DNA of 64,000 nt from Octopus vulgaris (GCA_951406725.2 OX597815.1:176204001-176268000); one strand, 5' to 3'. Positions 49,217-62,880 are shown, numbered from the stretch's first letter. Numbers and translations: made by a program. Notes: generated from the letters alone by a model not told the origin.

Positions 49217-49965
49217 TATATAGTAAAATGAAATGAAGTTTTGATTGTTTTATTGAATAGATGAAATATTGAATATCAAATATTAAGAGACTAGTATACT
49301 TGCTTGCATTTAAGCAGTCTTCAAGGTCCCAGGTTGTGACAGGAGTGTTTCAGCCAGTTATACATATATATATAATGTGTGCATATGTGGTCGGATTGAG
49401 CTGAAAATATGCACACTTATGCTAAAAGTGTTAGCGAGTTTCCATGGCAACTTTGAATTTGCTCAATTGAAATGCATGGCCCGTAGGGCAAAATTTCTCA
49501 TTTAAAATGTAGCCCGCGTAGACCAGAATGAAATCGGGTTATAATACCGGAACAAGTAAAACAATAATAAACTATTTTAAACCCGAGCAAGGCCGGGTAT
49601 ATATGTCTAATCTATAAAATGAAGAAAGCGAACGTTGATACAAATTGGATTAAGTAAAAAGGGGTTTAAATGGGGCTGGAAGGGGATTAAAATTTATAGG
49701 GGGGGTAACTTGAGGTGAGAAATTGATTGGGAGACGTTTTGGGGGCGCTACAGAGGTTGTTTTGGTGTGAAAACGGGGGTTTTATTAATTTTGGGGGACA
49801 CTTCGGGGTCTACATTGGACACCTTTTGCCCGATTTCAATCTAATTTTCAACATGGTAAAGTGGAAGCGGATTTGTAATTTAAGCGCGGAAATCGAATTT
49901 TTTATAAATGCGAGGAGGATAGATAGAGAAAGACAGAGAGTAAGAGAAAGCGAGGGAGAATCCAA

Positions 49966-50390
49966 GAGAACCGCTAAGTTATTTTATCAGGCTCCTTTGG
50001 CGAACCACTAAGTTATTTAATCGACCTCCTTTTGGCGAACCGCTAAGTTATTTTATTGATCATATTTGGCGAACCGCTAGAATATTTTTTATCGATCACG
50101 TTTGGAGAACCGTTAGGTTATTTTATCGATGTCCTTTGGCGAATCGCTAAGTTATTTCATCAACCTCCTTTGGCGAACCGCTAATTTATTTTATCGATCA
50201 TGTTTAACGAAATGCTAAGTTATTTTATCGAGCTCCTTTGATGAACCGCTAAGTTATTTTATCGATGTCGTTAGGCAAACTGCTAAGTTATTTTATTGAT
50301 TACCTTTGGCGAACCGCTAGTTTATTTTAACGATCTCATTTGGTGAACCGCTAAGTTACTTTATCGATAACGTTCGCCGAACTGCAAAGT
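49966..50390 (+). repeat. ~34-bp minisatellite, about 12 copies
   Basis: Unit TTATTTTATCGAyNNNTTTGGCGAACCGCTAAG at 34-35 bp spacing. Confidence 0.93.
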
Positions 50391-50960
50391 CTGCACACAT
50401 ATATTCCCCTCCCATTACCGAAAGCTGAACAGTTATCTCCCTTACCCACAACAATAACAATAATAACGACAACCAATTACCTTCCTTTATTTATCTACTT
50501 GTGAAGTCATTCACTCGTGAATTTCATCACACACAACATGGACAAAATTTCTTAAGAAAAATATATATTCAAATAAGTAAAACATAATATGAATGGCCTC
50601 CACGACGGTGGAGTTACGATTTCAGGAGGATGATTGGGATAACGTGGATGAGAAAGGCGCGATCCAGAGGAGTGGACAGCGTGCTGTGACCAGCGGTGTC
50701 AAATGGACGCCCGACGGACTGGTCGGTCAAGGTGATATATATATATATATATATAAACAAAACAGAAAGATAGTTGTATAAACAACAAACACCTGTATTA
50801 GTTTTAACGCTCGAGAAGGTGAGAAGGTATTTTACGTTTAGAGCCTACGTTCTTCAACAGAAAGGAATACGAAGAAATGAACAGAGACTATATATGTGTG
50901 TGTGTATATATATATATGTACTTTATCATTTCTAAATCTGTCAACAAGAGACATACAGTA

Positions 50961-51059
50961 ACAGTGCTTTAGAGTAAAGATTATTTGCCAACATAATGTG
51001 GCAATCCAACCGAGACTGCCAAATTATTTTGGCAAATAATCTTTACTTTAAAGTACTGT
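50961..51059. repeat. ~46-bp-stem foldback palindrome (possible tiny MITE)
   Basis: ACAGTGCTTTAGAGTAAAGATTATTTGCCAACATAATGTGGCAATC pairs with GACTGCCAAATTATTTTGGCAAATAATCTTTACTTTAAAGTACTGT. Confidence 0.85.
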
Positions 51060-51060
51060 A

Positions 51061-51122
<62 letters not shown>

Positions 51123-51605
51123 AAGATAGACATACATACATACACTCACACACGTCATAAATTTCGAAGTTTAAGAATGTTCTTAATAATTGATCCTAAT
51201 TGTCATCAGCAGTAAATTACTTTTGACATGATAATTAGTTATATATCAGAGAGAAAGAAAAAAGAAAGAGAAATGAAAGAAAACAGAATGGTGAATAAGC
51301 AAGAAATGCAGAAAGCAAACAGGCCAGGGATGATCAGATGTAAAGTAGTTTTATGTCCTAATAAGACATAAGAGATAAATTAATTGCGGTTTACGTGGCA
51401 AAGTGGCAAACTTTTTTCATACTTGGATGTATTTCGTAAAGATCAAACGGATCAGCTAAACGTATTTCAATCACACCACACAAACTTTCTAACATTTAAG
51501 ATAAAATTCTTCATTTTCTACTTTTCTCCTCACTCTGTTTTCGTAAACGTGGTTGTTATTCTTAATGCAACATCATTAACTTGATCATCATTATTATTAT
51601 CATCA

Positions 51606-51979
51606 CCAGCAGTATCGCCCGGCGTTGCGCGGGTTTCTTTCGACCCTTTAGAATTGGAATTTTTGAAAAGTAATAATTTTGCATTATGTAGCTTGTTATT
51701 CTCTTTAAGTGAACATTTTTCTTGTTGAAATGCACCGACAAATGGCAACACAGCAGTCAAAAAATCGTTAAAAATAGGGATTTTCATAGAAAAAAGCACC
51801 TTTTTGATGTTAACATGGTCCTATTTGAATTTTTTTCATCTACGGAAGGAAGAGCAAGCCTTCTTCTATCATACTCTCAATTTTGGTCAACTTGCGCCGC
51901 AGGGTCTCGGAGGAGATAGTGTTAGTTGAAGGCTACCAAACCTGCCATACACAGACAACTTCAGCTTTATATAAAGAGA
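51606..51979 (-). mobile_element. Non-autonomous Helitron, third variant
   Basis: Minus strand starts TCTCTTTATATAAAG and ends CCCGCGCAACGCCGGGCGATACTGCTGG|T. Confidence 0.78.
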
Positions 51980-51984
51980 AATTA

Positions 51985-52146
51985 AAGCGGCAAGCTGGAA
52001 GAATTGTTAGCACGCCGGGTGAAATGCTTAGCAGTATTTCGTCTGCTGATATGTTCTGAATTCAAATTCCGCTGAGGTCGACTTTGCCGTTCATCCTTTC
52101 GTGCCACATTGCAGGACTTGTACCTAAAGTAGAAAGGATTATTATG
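51985..52146 (+). mobile_element. Internally deleted Meta-domain-like SINE
   Basis: Same head and start of core; tail GGACTTGTACCTAAAGTAGAAAGGATTATT. Confidence 0.78.
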
Positions 52147-52375
52147 ACCAGCAATGTTTTGTAGCAATCTTTGGTCACAGAATGGTACTACCTCAACAAC
52201 TGCTTACCAATACAGCGACCACTGTTTGCTGCTGTATGAAACAAACTAGTGTCTCATAAATCAGTGTTGCACAACCCAACGATAAGGAGAAATAGATATT
52301 GAAACCATGAACTGGTGCCATAAATAGTCCCTTACCGGAGGACTATGTAGTCCCCCGATAAGGGACTATTTTTTA

Positions 52376-52972
52376 GTCATTAGATTATGGCCAGGCTGGG
52401 GCACCGCCTTGATGAATTTTTAGCCGAATGAATCACTCCAGTATGAATTTTTTTAAGCCTGGCACTATTTTATCGGTATGCTTAACCGAACTGCTTTGTT
52501 ACGGAGACATGAACACACAAACACTGGCAACGGTGGTGATCAAACAGGCACAAAGACACACAGAAAAATATGTGCGTGTGTGTGACGAGATTCTTTCAAT
52601 TTCCCTCTACCAGATCCACTCATAAGGCTTTGGTGGGGCCCCTGGCTATAGTAGAAGAGTTGCTCAAGATACCACGCAGTGGGAATGAACCCAGGACCAT
52701 GTGATTGGGAAGCAAGCCTCTTACCAGTCACGCCTGTAACAAAGATTAATTGTATCTCGAAAACCTTGTGTGTGTGAGTTTGTGTTTGTTCCCCACCGGG
52801 TTTGACAACCGGTGTTGGTGTGTTTACATCCCTGTAATATAGCATTTAGTCGAAAGAGTCCGAGCCAACGAATAACAGATTCCAAGTAAGTACTGGGGTC
52901 GATTCGTTCGACAAAAAGCTTTCAAGGCAGTGCCCCAGCATGGTCGCAATCCAGTGACTGAAACAAGTAAAA
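52376..52972. mobile_element. Two degenerate CORE-like SINE copies in opposite orientation (52376-52735 minus; ~52765-52972 plus, 3' half)
   Basis: Both align to 47564-47986, including the GGCRGTGCCCCAGC tail. Confidence 0.78.
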
Positions 52973-53664
52973 GGTGCAGCTATAGGCATGTTTTACCTAG
53001 AAAAAAAAATCTGCTTCCGAGCAAGTGTCTTTTACTATTCCCTTGCATTGAAATTTGGTAAACAGAAAATGTGTGCGTGCGTGTGTGTGGGTGTGTTTAA
53101 CATCAGTAAATGGCTTCACAAAATGAATCAGTGTGGTTAGTGGAATGAATTTAAACAACAAAGACGGATGAAGGCAAACTAAATGGCACACAAAATACAG
53201 TCCTGATTTATTGATATTAATTTCGCTTCGGGAGACAATTAACGAATTCTTGGAGGCCATTGCGTCCGATTCTGAGTGGAAATAAAAGATAATCTCAAGA
53301 AAGAAGAATTCTTGAAAATTTACATGGCTATTAAGGAAAAGGCTGTTTCTTGGAAAGAGAGACAATTATTTCTTTCTACCTTAGTAGGTATCAGGAGCAA
53401 AGCAACTGTCGTAGCTTAAATGTAACATAAATAACACACACACACACACACACACGTTTATAATTTTTCTATATTACATTTATGTGTATTATTTTGTATT
53501 TATATTTAAGATTTATCTTGCGTATTTTTCGTGTTACACTTCTTAATTGCTTGAATTATAGAAAGCGAACAGCATAAAACTTTACCAGACGTAAAGATTA
53601 ATATGTTTATCTTTTGGGCTTGTGTGTATTTTTTTAATTCTATGACCACACTAATTACCTTTAT

Positions 53665-54779
53665 ATTTTGCATCAGGAACCGGCTCTTTCCGTCTATTTT
53701 TCCACTCTTGCAAAGCGTTCTGTCTGTTGCCAGCACCCGCTAAAGTGTGGGCTAGGGATGCCCTGGCTGTTGATGCACAGAGGCACATGTGGCTTTACCT
53801 GGATGGTGAACAAGTGTGGTCTCCGTTCGTTCGGTCGTTACATCCTGAGCTTACTAGTTTGAGTGAACTAGGACCTTGGATCGAGTGTAGACCAAAGTTG
53901 GGTGCTTGGCAAGCAGAGTGTAGTGAGGCACTCAAGCTTCTCTTTCACAGGGGCAATGCCAACGGCAGGGGTTCTACCTCATCTTTCTATAGAGGGTTGG
54001 TAGAGGCTCAGTGTGACGACGTCCTCGGGGAGACTCTAGGCTTCGATGATGGTCAACTAGCCGGCCAGTTCCAGGACATTCGGGCCAGGACCCTTGAATA
54101 ACTTCCAAGGATCGCTGGCCTGACAGTGTTACCGAGGAGCCTTACCAGTTCGCGATAAACTCGCAAGGCATGGTGTCCCTTGCGCACACACGTGCCTAAG
54201 ATGTGAGCAGGACAGGGAAACTGTTCTTCATGTATTTGTGCAATGCCCCAAAATCTCTGAGATGTGGGTTTACGTTGAACATCTGCGGTCACGGCTAGGG
54301 AGAGTACAACTGTCTTCCGAGTTGATTGTAAAGATTGTTCCTCCTACCTCTTTCAACAAAGGCAAAGCTTGTTTTCTCACTGTGGTCACTATAGCGAAAG
54401 AAGCGGCGTGGAAGACCCGCGTGAAAGGAATCGTGACAGACACATTCATCTCCAGCTTTGAACTGATCCATTACCTCATCTAACACCTTAAGAGGAAATA
54501 CCTGTCACCTGATATATATGGAAAAAGATGGAAGACTGTGGCGAGTTTGTTGCGAAAGAATGAACCCACATAATGTATCCATAAGGTTATACTAAAGGGT
54601 ACAGTGGTAGCACGGGGCTTATGAGGTCAAGGCAAAACCCGTTCCCCACTTCAATGTTTTGCTTATCATTCGATTATGTAAATTTTTAACTTTTCACCTG
54701 TGTAAAAACCATATGTACCATCGACCCCTCCATTTTTACAGTCCCACTATGTTTGGCTCCCTGTGGGCAATAAAGAAAA
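53665..54779 (+). mobile_element. 5'-truncated decayed L1/Tx1-clade LINE 3' portion
   Basis: QHPLKCGLGMP, LPVRDKLARHG, CCHC-type PRCEQDRETVLHVFVQCP; 3' UTR ends CCCTGTGGGCAATAAAGAAAA. Confidence 0.75.
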
Positions 54780-56744
54780 CGTTGAGAGAGGCCGACTCAT
54801 TCACGAGTCTCACCTCTTGTCAGGCAGGAGGTTGAAGGTAGGTGAGCGACATGTGCCTCCATATTTGCCGTTCTGACAGTGCAAGACATTTGTGTAGACG
54901 GTCTAAGGCACACAAGAACCCTGTCAGCCCGAACAAAGCGCAGTGTCTCTCACAGTCTGTAATTATTAATGTTATTTGGAAATGCCCAACGGTAATCATC
55001 TTTATGTACGACAATAAATATTTCATTTAAACTTTCACAGGTCTTGCTTCAAATATTCCCACAGCCAGTGAAATATATCTTCGTTCACCAACTCAACAAA
55101 TAACAACCAACCACAGATAATGACCCTTTATGACAAACTTATGGGCAGGTTGTTCGGAACCCACCATATATAGACATACATGCTTATATATACACACGCT
55201 CATTTGTGTGTGTGTGTGTGTGTGTGTGTGCATAAGTGCTGTGCACTCTTCTTTATATGCATATATTGATATTTGCAGCACGTTTCTTAAACTGCATCCT
55301 GAAATGAAGTCCATATTGCATTTGGCACCTGGATTTTTCTAGTTGTGCCCTCTCTTACATGTGAATGCAATTATCTTTATATTCTTATTGTTACTTAATT
55401 GCTGTAAGATGTAATTAAGGAGGTCGAGGTTGGTCAATGTGCTCAAATTTGCGTCTATTTAGTATTGCAGATTTGTTAATTAATCATTAATGAAAATTAT
55501 GTAGCACCTCATAAGTGTATGAATTGATTTAGTCTGCATAAGAAAGTATTTCTAACCTTTGATAATATAGCTGTAAATGATATTTAGAGTTATATCACCA
55601 AGAGAAAGTATGCGATATAAAATGTAGAGATTATCATACTTAATGGTGCATGACGTAATTTTCTTGATCACTTACTGACTTGCTGTCACCTTGTGGCCTT
55701 CTTGTAGCTTCTTGAAAGGACCTTTATAGCTTTACATTAAACTTGAATTTTGAAATAGAGGCTTTTGACATCATCTGACAGCCACATTTCAGACAATTTA
55801 ACTCCTTTGACCAACACAGATGATTTTGGAAATAATTATTGTTAGTTTACTAAATCTTGTTGAAATTACTTTTGTGGTTAAGATCACATTTGTGCAGATT
55901 TTCAATCTAAATATTTCAGTGACCAACATTAATAAGAGTTATCTAGCATTCATGGACATATGTTACCTGATCAGCCTATAGATATCTAGGATTGCTTATT
56001 TTATGGTTTCAGTTTCACAATTATGTAAATTTGAAATCATGAGGTCATATAATGTCTAGCAATAAAATAACTTTGTGTTAAAAATCTAAGAAATATATAT
56101 TTACATAAAACTAATTGCTTTGACATATATTTAGCGGAAATCTGTTATGGTTTATTGCTGTTTTAATGGTTTTGTTATTAGATTATGGATAAACTGGGCA
56201 CAACAGCCTTCAGGGGTTTACGCATATTGAATTGAGTCTTTTACAAGCTTCCCTCTCTTTCTTACTGTCTCTATCCTCTTCCTCCTCTCTCTCTCCCACT
56301 TCCCTTTCCTTCCGTGTCCTACTAGAGTAGCCAATTATCTTCCATAGTAAGACAACTCTCTCCATCCCTCTATCACACTCCAACCTCTCACTTGGCACAT
56401 GGCCACTTCTCTTGGTTCCCGTCCCTCTCTCAGCACTGACATTCTTGTCTTGCAAGCTACTTGGAAACTCTGCAGATATTTGTACCACATAGTAAGTGCC
56501 TCTGTTTGGCACCAAGTATAAAGCATGCATGCTGGTTCCACATAAAAGCACCCAGTAGCAGATTTTCTACAACCAGATGCCCTACCTGTCACCAAACCTT
56601 GCCCGTTTCTAAACAGCCTAATATTTCCCATAACCTGACATGTTTTTATGGAAGACTACAAATGAGCAACATTGTTTGAATGGTGGTGCTGCTCCTCTTC
56701 AAGACCATCACATGATGTCAGGATGAGGTAAACCAAAACACACA

Positions 56745-57049
56745 CGTGGATACCATTCAAGCGTGATCGTCACCAATATCGCCTTACTGGCACCCGTGCT
56801 GGTGGCATGTGTAAAATTATTCGAGCGAGGTCATTGCCAGTACCGCCTAACTGGCCCCCGTGCCGGTGGCACGTAAAAAGCACGCAGTACACTCTCGGAG
56901 TGGTTGGTGTTAGGAAGAGCATCCAGCTGTAGAAACTCCGCCAAATCAAGATTGGAGCCTGGTGTAGCCATCTGGTTCGCTAGCCCTCAGTCAAGATCGT
57001 CCAACCCATGCTAGCATGGAAAGCAAACGTTAAACGATGATGATGATGA
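56745..57049 (+). mobile_element. RTE-type 3' UTR fragment ending in (GAT)n
   Basis: Homologous to the reverse complement of 60772-61200; ends CATGGAAAGCAAACGTTAAACGATGATGATGA. Confidence 0.8.
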
Positions 57050-57750
57050 GCTTCTTTCAGTTTACATCAGCCAAGTCCACCCACAATGACTCAATCAGCA
57101 CAAGCTGCTGTGCAATGGAACTGAATCCAAGAAAAAGTGGTTTGTTGGGAAGCAAGCTTCACAATCACACAGCTGCATTTGCACCAATGAAATTGGTAAT
57201 TTAAATTCCTAAGCTTTTGGGGGTCTTCAGTCAGGAGAAATATGATTAATATTTCATTTTATAGAGACTGATTAAAAGAACTTTTACTGACTCAAGTAAC
57301 CTTCTTCAAGCATTTCCCAAATTACTCTGAGTAGATGCAATTGCATCAGGAAATTTGTAAACAAAACTTTCTAGAACTGTAGTCTCTGTTAATAATCATT
57401 TTCCTCTTTTCCCTTCTGTAAACTGATATATATGTATTTTCAGTAGGTAAAAAACAAAAGAAACAAAAAAAAAAACAAATATTTTACAGGTGTACATACA
57501 TATACTCCTTCACATAAACATGTAGAAATGTATTTCTGTGCGCCTGTATGAAATCTATATCATATATCATACAAAGGCACACACACATACATACATACAT
57601 ATACACATACATGTGAGTGAGCATGTGTATGTGTGTGTAAGTATAGTATAAGTATGATGAAAAAATTTATAATTCTCATCAATTATATTTTACTATTTTA
57701 CTTCAAGCATCTGTAACATCTCTCACTAGTCTGAAATGCTTAGTTAGTTA

Positions 57751-57781
<31 letters not shown>

Positions 57782-58071
57782 TCAGAAAATTCTTCTTTTT
57801 CTACAATTAAATTCCGCCTCTGATTATTATAAGGGGGGAAAAAAATGAAATAAATCTCCAGATATATTCCAATAAAATATTAATTTATCAGTTTGCTTTA
57901 GATTCTTTAGCAAGTTGTAATATATTCCGCATGCTGTAAGCAGTAATTTTATTGGTAACAAATATTTATGATTAATATTCTATCACAGCAACATAGGGGA
58001 GAATTGATTCTCTTGAATGTAAGATGACATGTTGAAGAGTACTAGATTTCATGAAAGTAGTGTGTGTATGT

Positions 58072-58270
58072 GTCATCATCAGCAGCATTTAAAGTCTGTT
58101 TTCCTTCATAGCATGTGTTGTACAGTTTCACAGGAGCTGGCAAAACCATGAGCCATGCCAGGTTCCCTTGTTTTGGCATGATTTCTACAACTCGATGCCC
58201 TTCCTAACACCAACCACTTTGCAGAGTCTACTCGGTGCTTTTAACATGGCACCAGTACCAGTGCTTTTTA
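58072..58270 (-). mobile_element. Degenerate RTE-type 3' tail
   Basis: GATGCCCTTCCTAACACCAACCAC and CATCATC terminus as in other copies. Confidence 0.7.
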
Positions 58271-60149
58271 TAGTAAATGTTCAAATATATATGGCACATA
58301 TCTGTATGTGTTACATAAGATAATAGTAAAAATGCTAAACAAAATGAAAATTTCTTTGCAATAGTAATAATGTTTGGACAAAATTGTAATATATACAATA
58401 GATCATACTCTAAACACTGAGAACTGTAAACATTATATGGAATGCAATGGTATTGATTTCTGACTATTTATGAGAGAATGTAGTGAATTGTATTTGCTTA
58501 GTAAGTGATTGGTACTTTATTTTGTGAAACCTACAAAGGTGAGCAGTATAACCGACATTGATATGATTTGAACTTAGAACATAAATGATTGTAACTAAAT
58601 ACTACAAGGCATTTCATCTGACACTTTACCACATTCTGCAAATCTTCTGCCTAGAACACAATAATATTGGATGAAAGGAATAGTATTCAATGAAAAGTTT
58701 GTGGAGAGAGAGAGACTTTTGCAAAGATAAATGTTAAAGGGTTTTGAATGTGGCTCCCTTGTTTATTTTTCATTCCTAAAACCTCTTTCTTCACAAGATC
58801 ATATATTTCATTTTACTTTTTTACCCTTTCTTGTAGAAATAAACATGTCCCAATATTTGTCCATTTTTGGCTAGCAATATTTCTTTCTCTCAATAAACTT
58901 ATAAACTACTAAATTGTATATGATATGGTATCAGAAAATCATTATTGTAAAGTGTATTATTTCAGATGCCTCTTTGATATTCAAATCAAACACCTATCTC
59001 TCCATTCTATCTATGCAATGTAAATTCTATGTGTATTCAACATCAAATACGCTTTTCTTTGTGCAAATGAAACTATAGAAGTTTACTAAGATCTTTCAGT
59101 TGAAGATAAGCGTAATGTGATTGATGCACAGAGGAGTGCACAATAACATTTTACCCTACAAGAATACGATGTGAGGTCAACATACGAACTGTTTGCAGAT
59201 GATGCTTGATTCCAAATAGGAATCATCAAAACAAGATGATAGCAAGTCTAAAAGTTGTGCACAGTTAAAAGCCATAAAATAAGACTTTGATTAAATTTCG
59301 ATAACATTTTAACCCTTTATTTTCACATTAGACAGGCTGATATGAAATCATAGACATCAGTTCTAGATGAACTGAATTTGTGATAGTTTTCATTTCTTAT
59401 TGAAGTAGTACCTCACAACTGATACCGCCATCATTCGCCATAAATGTCCTGGGTTTTATAAAAGGAATCTGTAAAATTTCTATAAGAGATGACAGTAGTA
59501 ACTATGTGGCAATAAACGTTTCTTCTCATTCTAGACCATTCTTCCTAATATTGCAGTATCATGGTTAGCAACATCTGGAAATAAATATGCTATGCAATAT
59601 ATACATGTGTAAATAGATGAATAAAAGATGGTAAAAATAAAGCAGGACAGAAATTCTTTGGGAAGTATTGATACAATTTGTAAGAGTGCTTAAAAACAAT
59701 GTCAATTAGAGGATATCAGAATCAGTTTTTAAGTTTTGTGAGCAGGTGTTCATTTTTTTCACTTCTAGAAACACAACTAATTGCATGCATCTGTTCTTGC
59801 AGAGAGAAACAAGGTTATGAAAACAACAGAAACAGACCAGCTATTCTTGAAATAACTGCCAACTGAACAACAAAAAAGATACCTGTTAGTTTAGTTTGAA
59901 AAAGTAGACAGAAAAGTCACACATTTTACATATATTCACAATTCTGTTCATTCACCAGTTTCCTATGACTCTTTTGTAGGCTACATCCACACCATTGTGT
60001 AATAAATGAAAGGCAAATTTGAGATATGGAGATCTAATCTCATCTGAATTTCTCACTTTATTTTTTTACTGCTTCTCAGTTCGTAATCATTGTGTACTTT
60101 TAACCCATGCTGGCATGGAGAACAGACGTCAGATGATGATGATGAATGG

Positions 60150-60341
60150 TATAAAATTTTAGCACAAAGCCAGCAAATTCGTGTGGGAGAAGTGGGTGAG
60201 GGAATTCGACCTCAGTGTACAACTGATACTTACTTTATTGACCCCGAAAGGATGAAAGGCAAAGTCGACCTTGGCAGAATTTGAACTCACAACATAAAGA
60301 CAAATGAAATACCGCTAACATTTCTACCAGCTCGCCGCCTT
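60150..60341 (-). mobile_element. Meta-domain-like SINE copy
   Basis: GACCCCGAAAGGATGAAAGGCAAAGTCGACC core in reverse orientation; head ends GCTCGCCGCCTT. Confidence 0.82.
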
Positions 60342-60771
60342 AAAGACTCAGAAATATGACTTCATTCAGATGTGCAAGGTAGCAGGATTGTTTCAGGGAA
60401 TACGATCTGTGTGATCTCATAACAAAAAAAACAAATTAGTGTGCCACCAAGATATGACAAGAAAATGCAACACTATAAGAGAAATCATAACCAAGATGTA
60501 ACTCAAACTCTTTGCTTTCATAAACCATTAAGTGAATTAGATAGATATCTTCTTCCAATAAAACTTGCAGTATATTCAGAGGAAGAATCTATAGTTCTGA
60601 ATTCCAATATCTTATTCAATTAAGCATTTCACCCATCCAGTACAAGAGTAGACAACTAAGAAAGGTAGTAATGCTCTGTATCGTTGTTTCTGAATGGAGT
60701 CTGTCCTAATCAGAAAGTGCTGTTACTTGGAAGAATATTTTCTTGTGAATCCTTTCTTTGTTATGGTTACT

Positions 60772-61358
60772 CATCATGAGCATCATCATTATTGCTGTTT
60801 AACGTTTGCTTGCCATGCTGGCATGGGTTGGACGGTTTGACTGAGAGCTGGCAAGCCAGATGGCTGCCCCAGGCTCCAACCTGATCTGGCAAGGTTTCTA
60901 CAGCTGGATGCCCTTCCTAACGCCAACCATTCCAAGGGTGTAATGGGTGCTTTTTATGTAGTCAGACAGTACTGACATCAACCATGCTGGAATGGTGCAT
61001 TTTACATGCCACCAACACGGGAGCCAGTCAGACAACACTGGCAATGACCATGCTTGAATGGTGCTTTTTACGTGCCACCAGCATGGAACCAGTCAGGCAG
61101 CACTGGCATTGACCACGCTTGAATGGTGCTTTTTACATGCCACCAGCATAAATGCCTGTCAGGCAGTACTGGCATCAGCCACGACAATGACTTCACTTGA
61201 CTCAACAGGTCTTTGCAAGCACAGTTTATTGTGCAATGACTGAAGGGTACTCTTAGATGGGCCAGTTATGCTGCACTGGCATAGACCACAGTTACGGTCT
61301 CATTTAGCTTGCTGGGTCTTCTCAAGCACAGCATATCTCCAAGGGTCTCGGTCACTCA
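60772..61358 (-). mobile_element. 3' end of an RTE-clade LINE with ~65-bp internal tandem repeats
   Basis: Minus strand SDRDPWRYAVLEKT-like ORF end (cf. RTE DRxxWR), three ~65-bp repeats, (GAT)n tail. Confidence 0.75.
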
Positions 61359-62681
61359 GTTAATATATTTGCTTTGCAATCATGTAGAATTGCATTTGAA
61401 TCCAGTCAATGGTAATTTGAGAGGGAATCATTCATTGTCTTCTTGAGTTGATCTAAGTCTTACGGTTAAAATTTGGTGCCGCTTGTTTGTTTTTTCATCT
61501 GTAGTTTCATTCTTGCCTGACTTGAATGAATATGCACTTGAAACATTATTTTATGGGCTGGAAACCTTTCTTGCACTAACTCTTTCCTACTTTCCAAACA
61601 AAGGATCTGTTATTCCACACAGTTTGACTGTGTGAATCGGCTGACGATTTGTTGTGAGGTGAACCACAATAGTACTCATAGCTGGTCGGTTAGCTTTGAC
61701 CGCCAGAATGAATGACTAACATAGATGAAACAATTATATACATAAGCCTGAAACTTATATGTACTGAGCAACAAACCTTGCCTCTAGCCAGTTTTAGTGG
61801 AACCATGGCAATAATGAGAGTGAAACTAATGCAGTGAAGATTTTGCTGCCAAATAACAAATAATAAATATTTAAGTAAAGCTAACAGTTTTTATGTATTT
61901 TTCAGATCAAATTACTTGCCTAGCAAACACACCTCTGAAATACACATATGCCTGAGGAGATGCGAATCAATAAGAAAGCCATTTACTATATTTTGTCATG
62001 GAGAAACGTTCTCTTGTAGATAGAAATGCATACGTCCACCAGCCTGATTAGGGGTGCTGCAAACTAACTTGCTGATAACAGCAATCACTCTTGAAATTTG
62101 AATATGCAACCACTACTTTCCCCATCTCTGATCACACTGTTTACATATGAAATATAACTTGCAGTACCAGCTCTGAATGTTATGAGAAATCTAGAGAGAA
62201 ACTTGAAGCTGAATACAGTGCACTGATAAAACATGGTAAGACAATGTCTTGACTTGTAAATCTTTCATAATGTTGGCTGTGTATAATGTTTGCATAATGA
62301 AATACTGTGTCCTTCAAGCAATTAATATGTAGATGCTAGTTGCCAGGAATGTACTTAATAAGTTAGTCTATCCATTGTGCTATACTACTAAATTATTGGG
62401 TATTTAAGCAATGTGTTCATGGATGGTCAACAGGTTGGATGGGGCACTGAAGAAGGAGCAATAACTCTTGAAATATGTATATACATTCATTGCCTATTTT
62501 ATCTGTCTTTGATTACATTCTTTACATGAACCTATTCATATACGAAATGCCATAGTTTTCAGTGCTGGCTCCGAATTCCATAAGAAACCTATAGAGATAA
62601 ACTTAAAAATGATGGCCATCCACTTGTGATTGAGGAAGACCATTGCTGACCTTCAGGAACATTGTGTGCTCTTGGACTAAC

Positions 62682-62880
62682 TTATTACCTCCGCCAAGGA
62701 AAGAGGTTATGCTTTCATTGGCATTGGTTTGTCCATCTATCCCTCTGTGCGCAATATAACTCAAAAAGTTGTGAATAGTATTTGATGAAACTTGCAGAAA
62801 ATATTGGTAATGACACAAGGAACAGATAATGAAATTTTGGTAGTGATCCAGAAATTTGTATGGATTCTTGAAGGATTTTT
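62682..62880 (+). mobile_element. Helentron-associated (HINE/DINE-like) element 5' part
   Basis: Starts TTATTACCTCCGCCAAGG..GAGGTTATG with a short inverted ACCTC/GAGGT, then a TCCA/TCTA-like microsatellite remnant and GATGAAACTTG, an architecture typical of HINEs. Confidence 0.55.

Noticed and set aside
49966-50390. CRISPR-like appearance of the regular repeat
   Set aside because: Units are contiguous with only 4-5 variable nt and no unique spacers; there are no cas genes and the context is eukaryotic.
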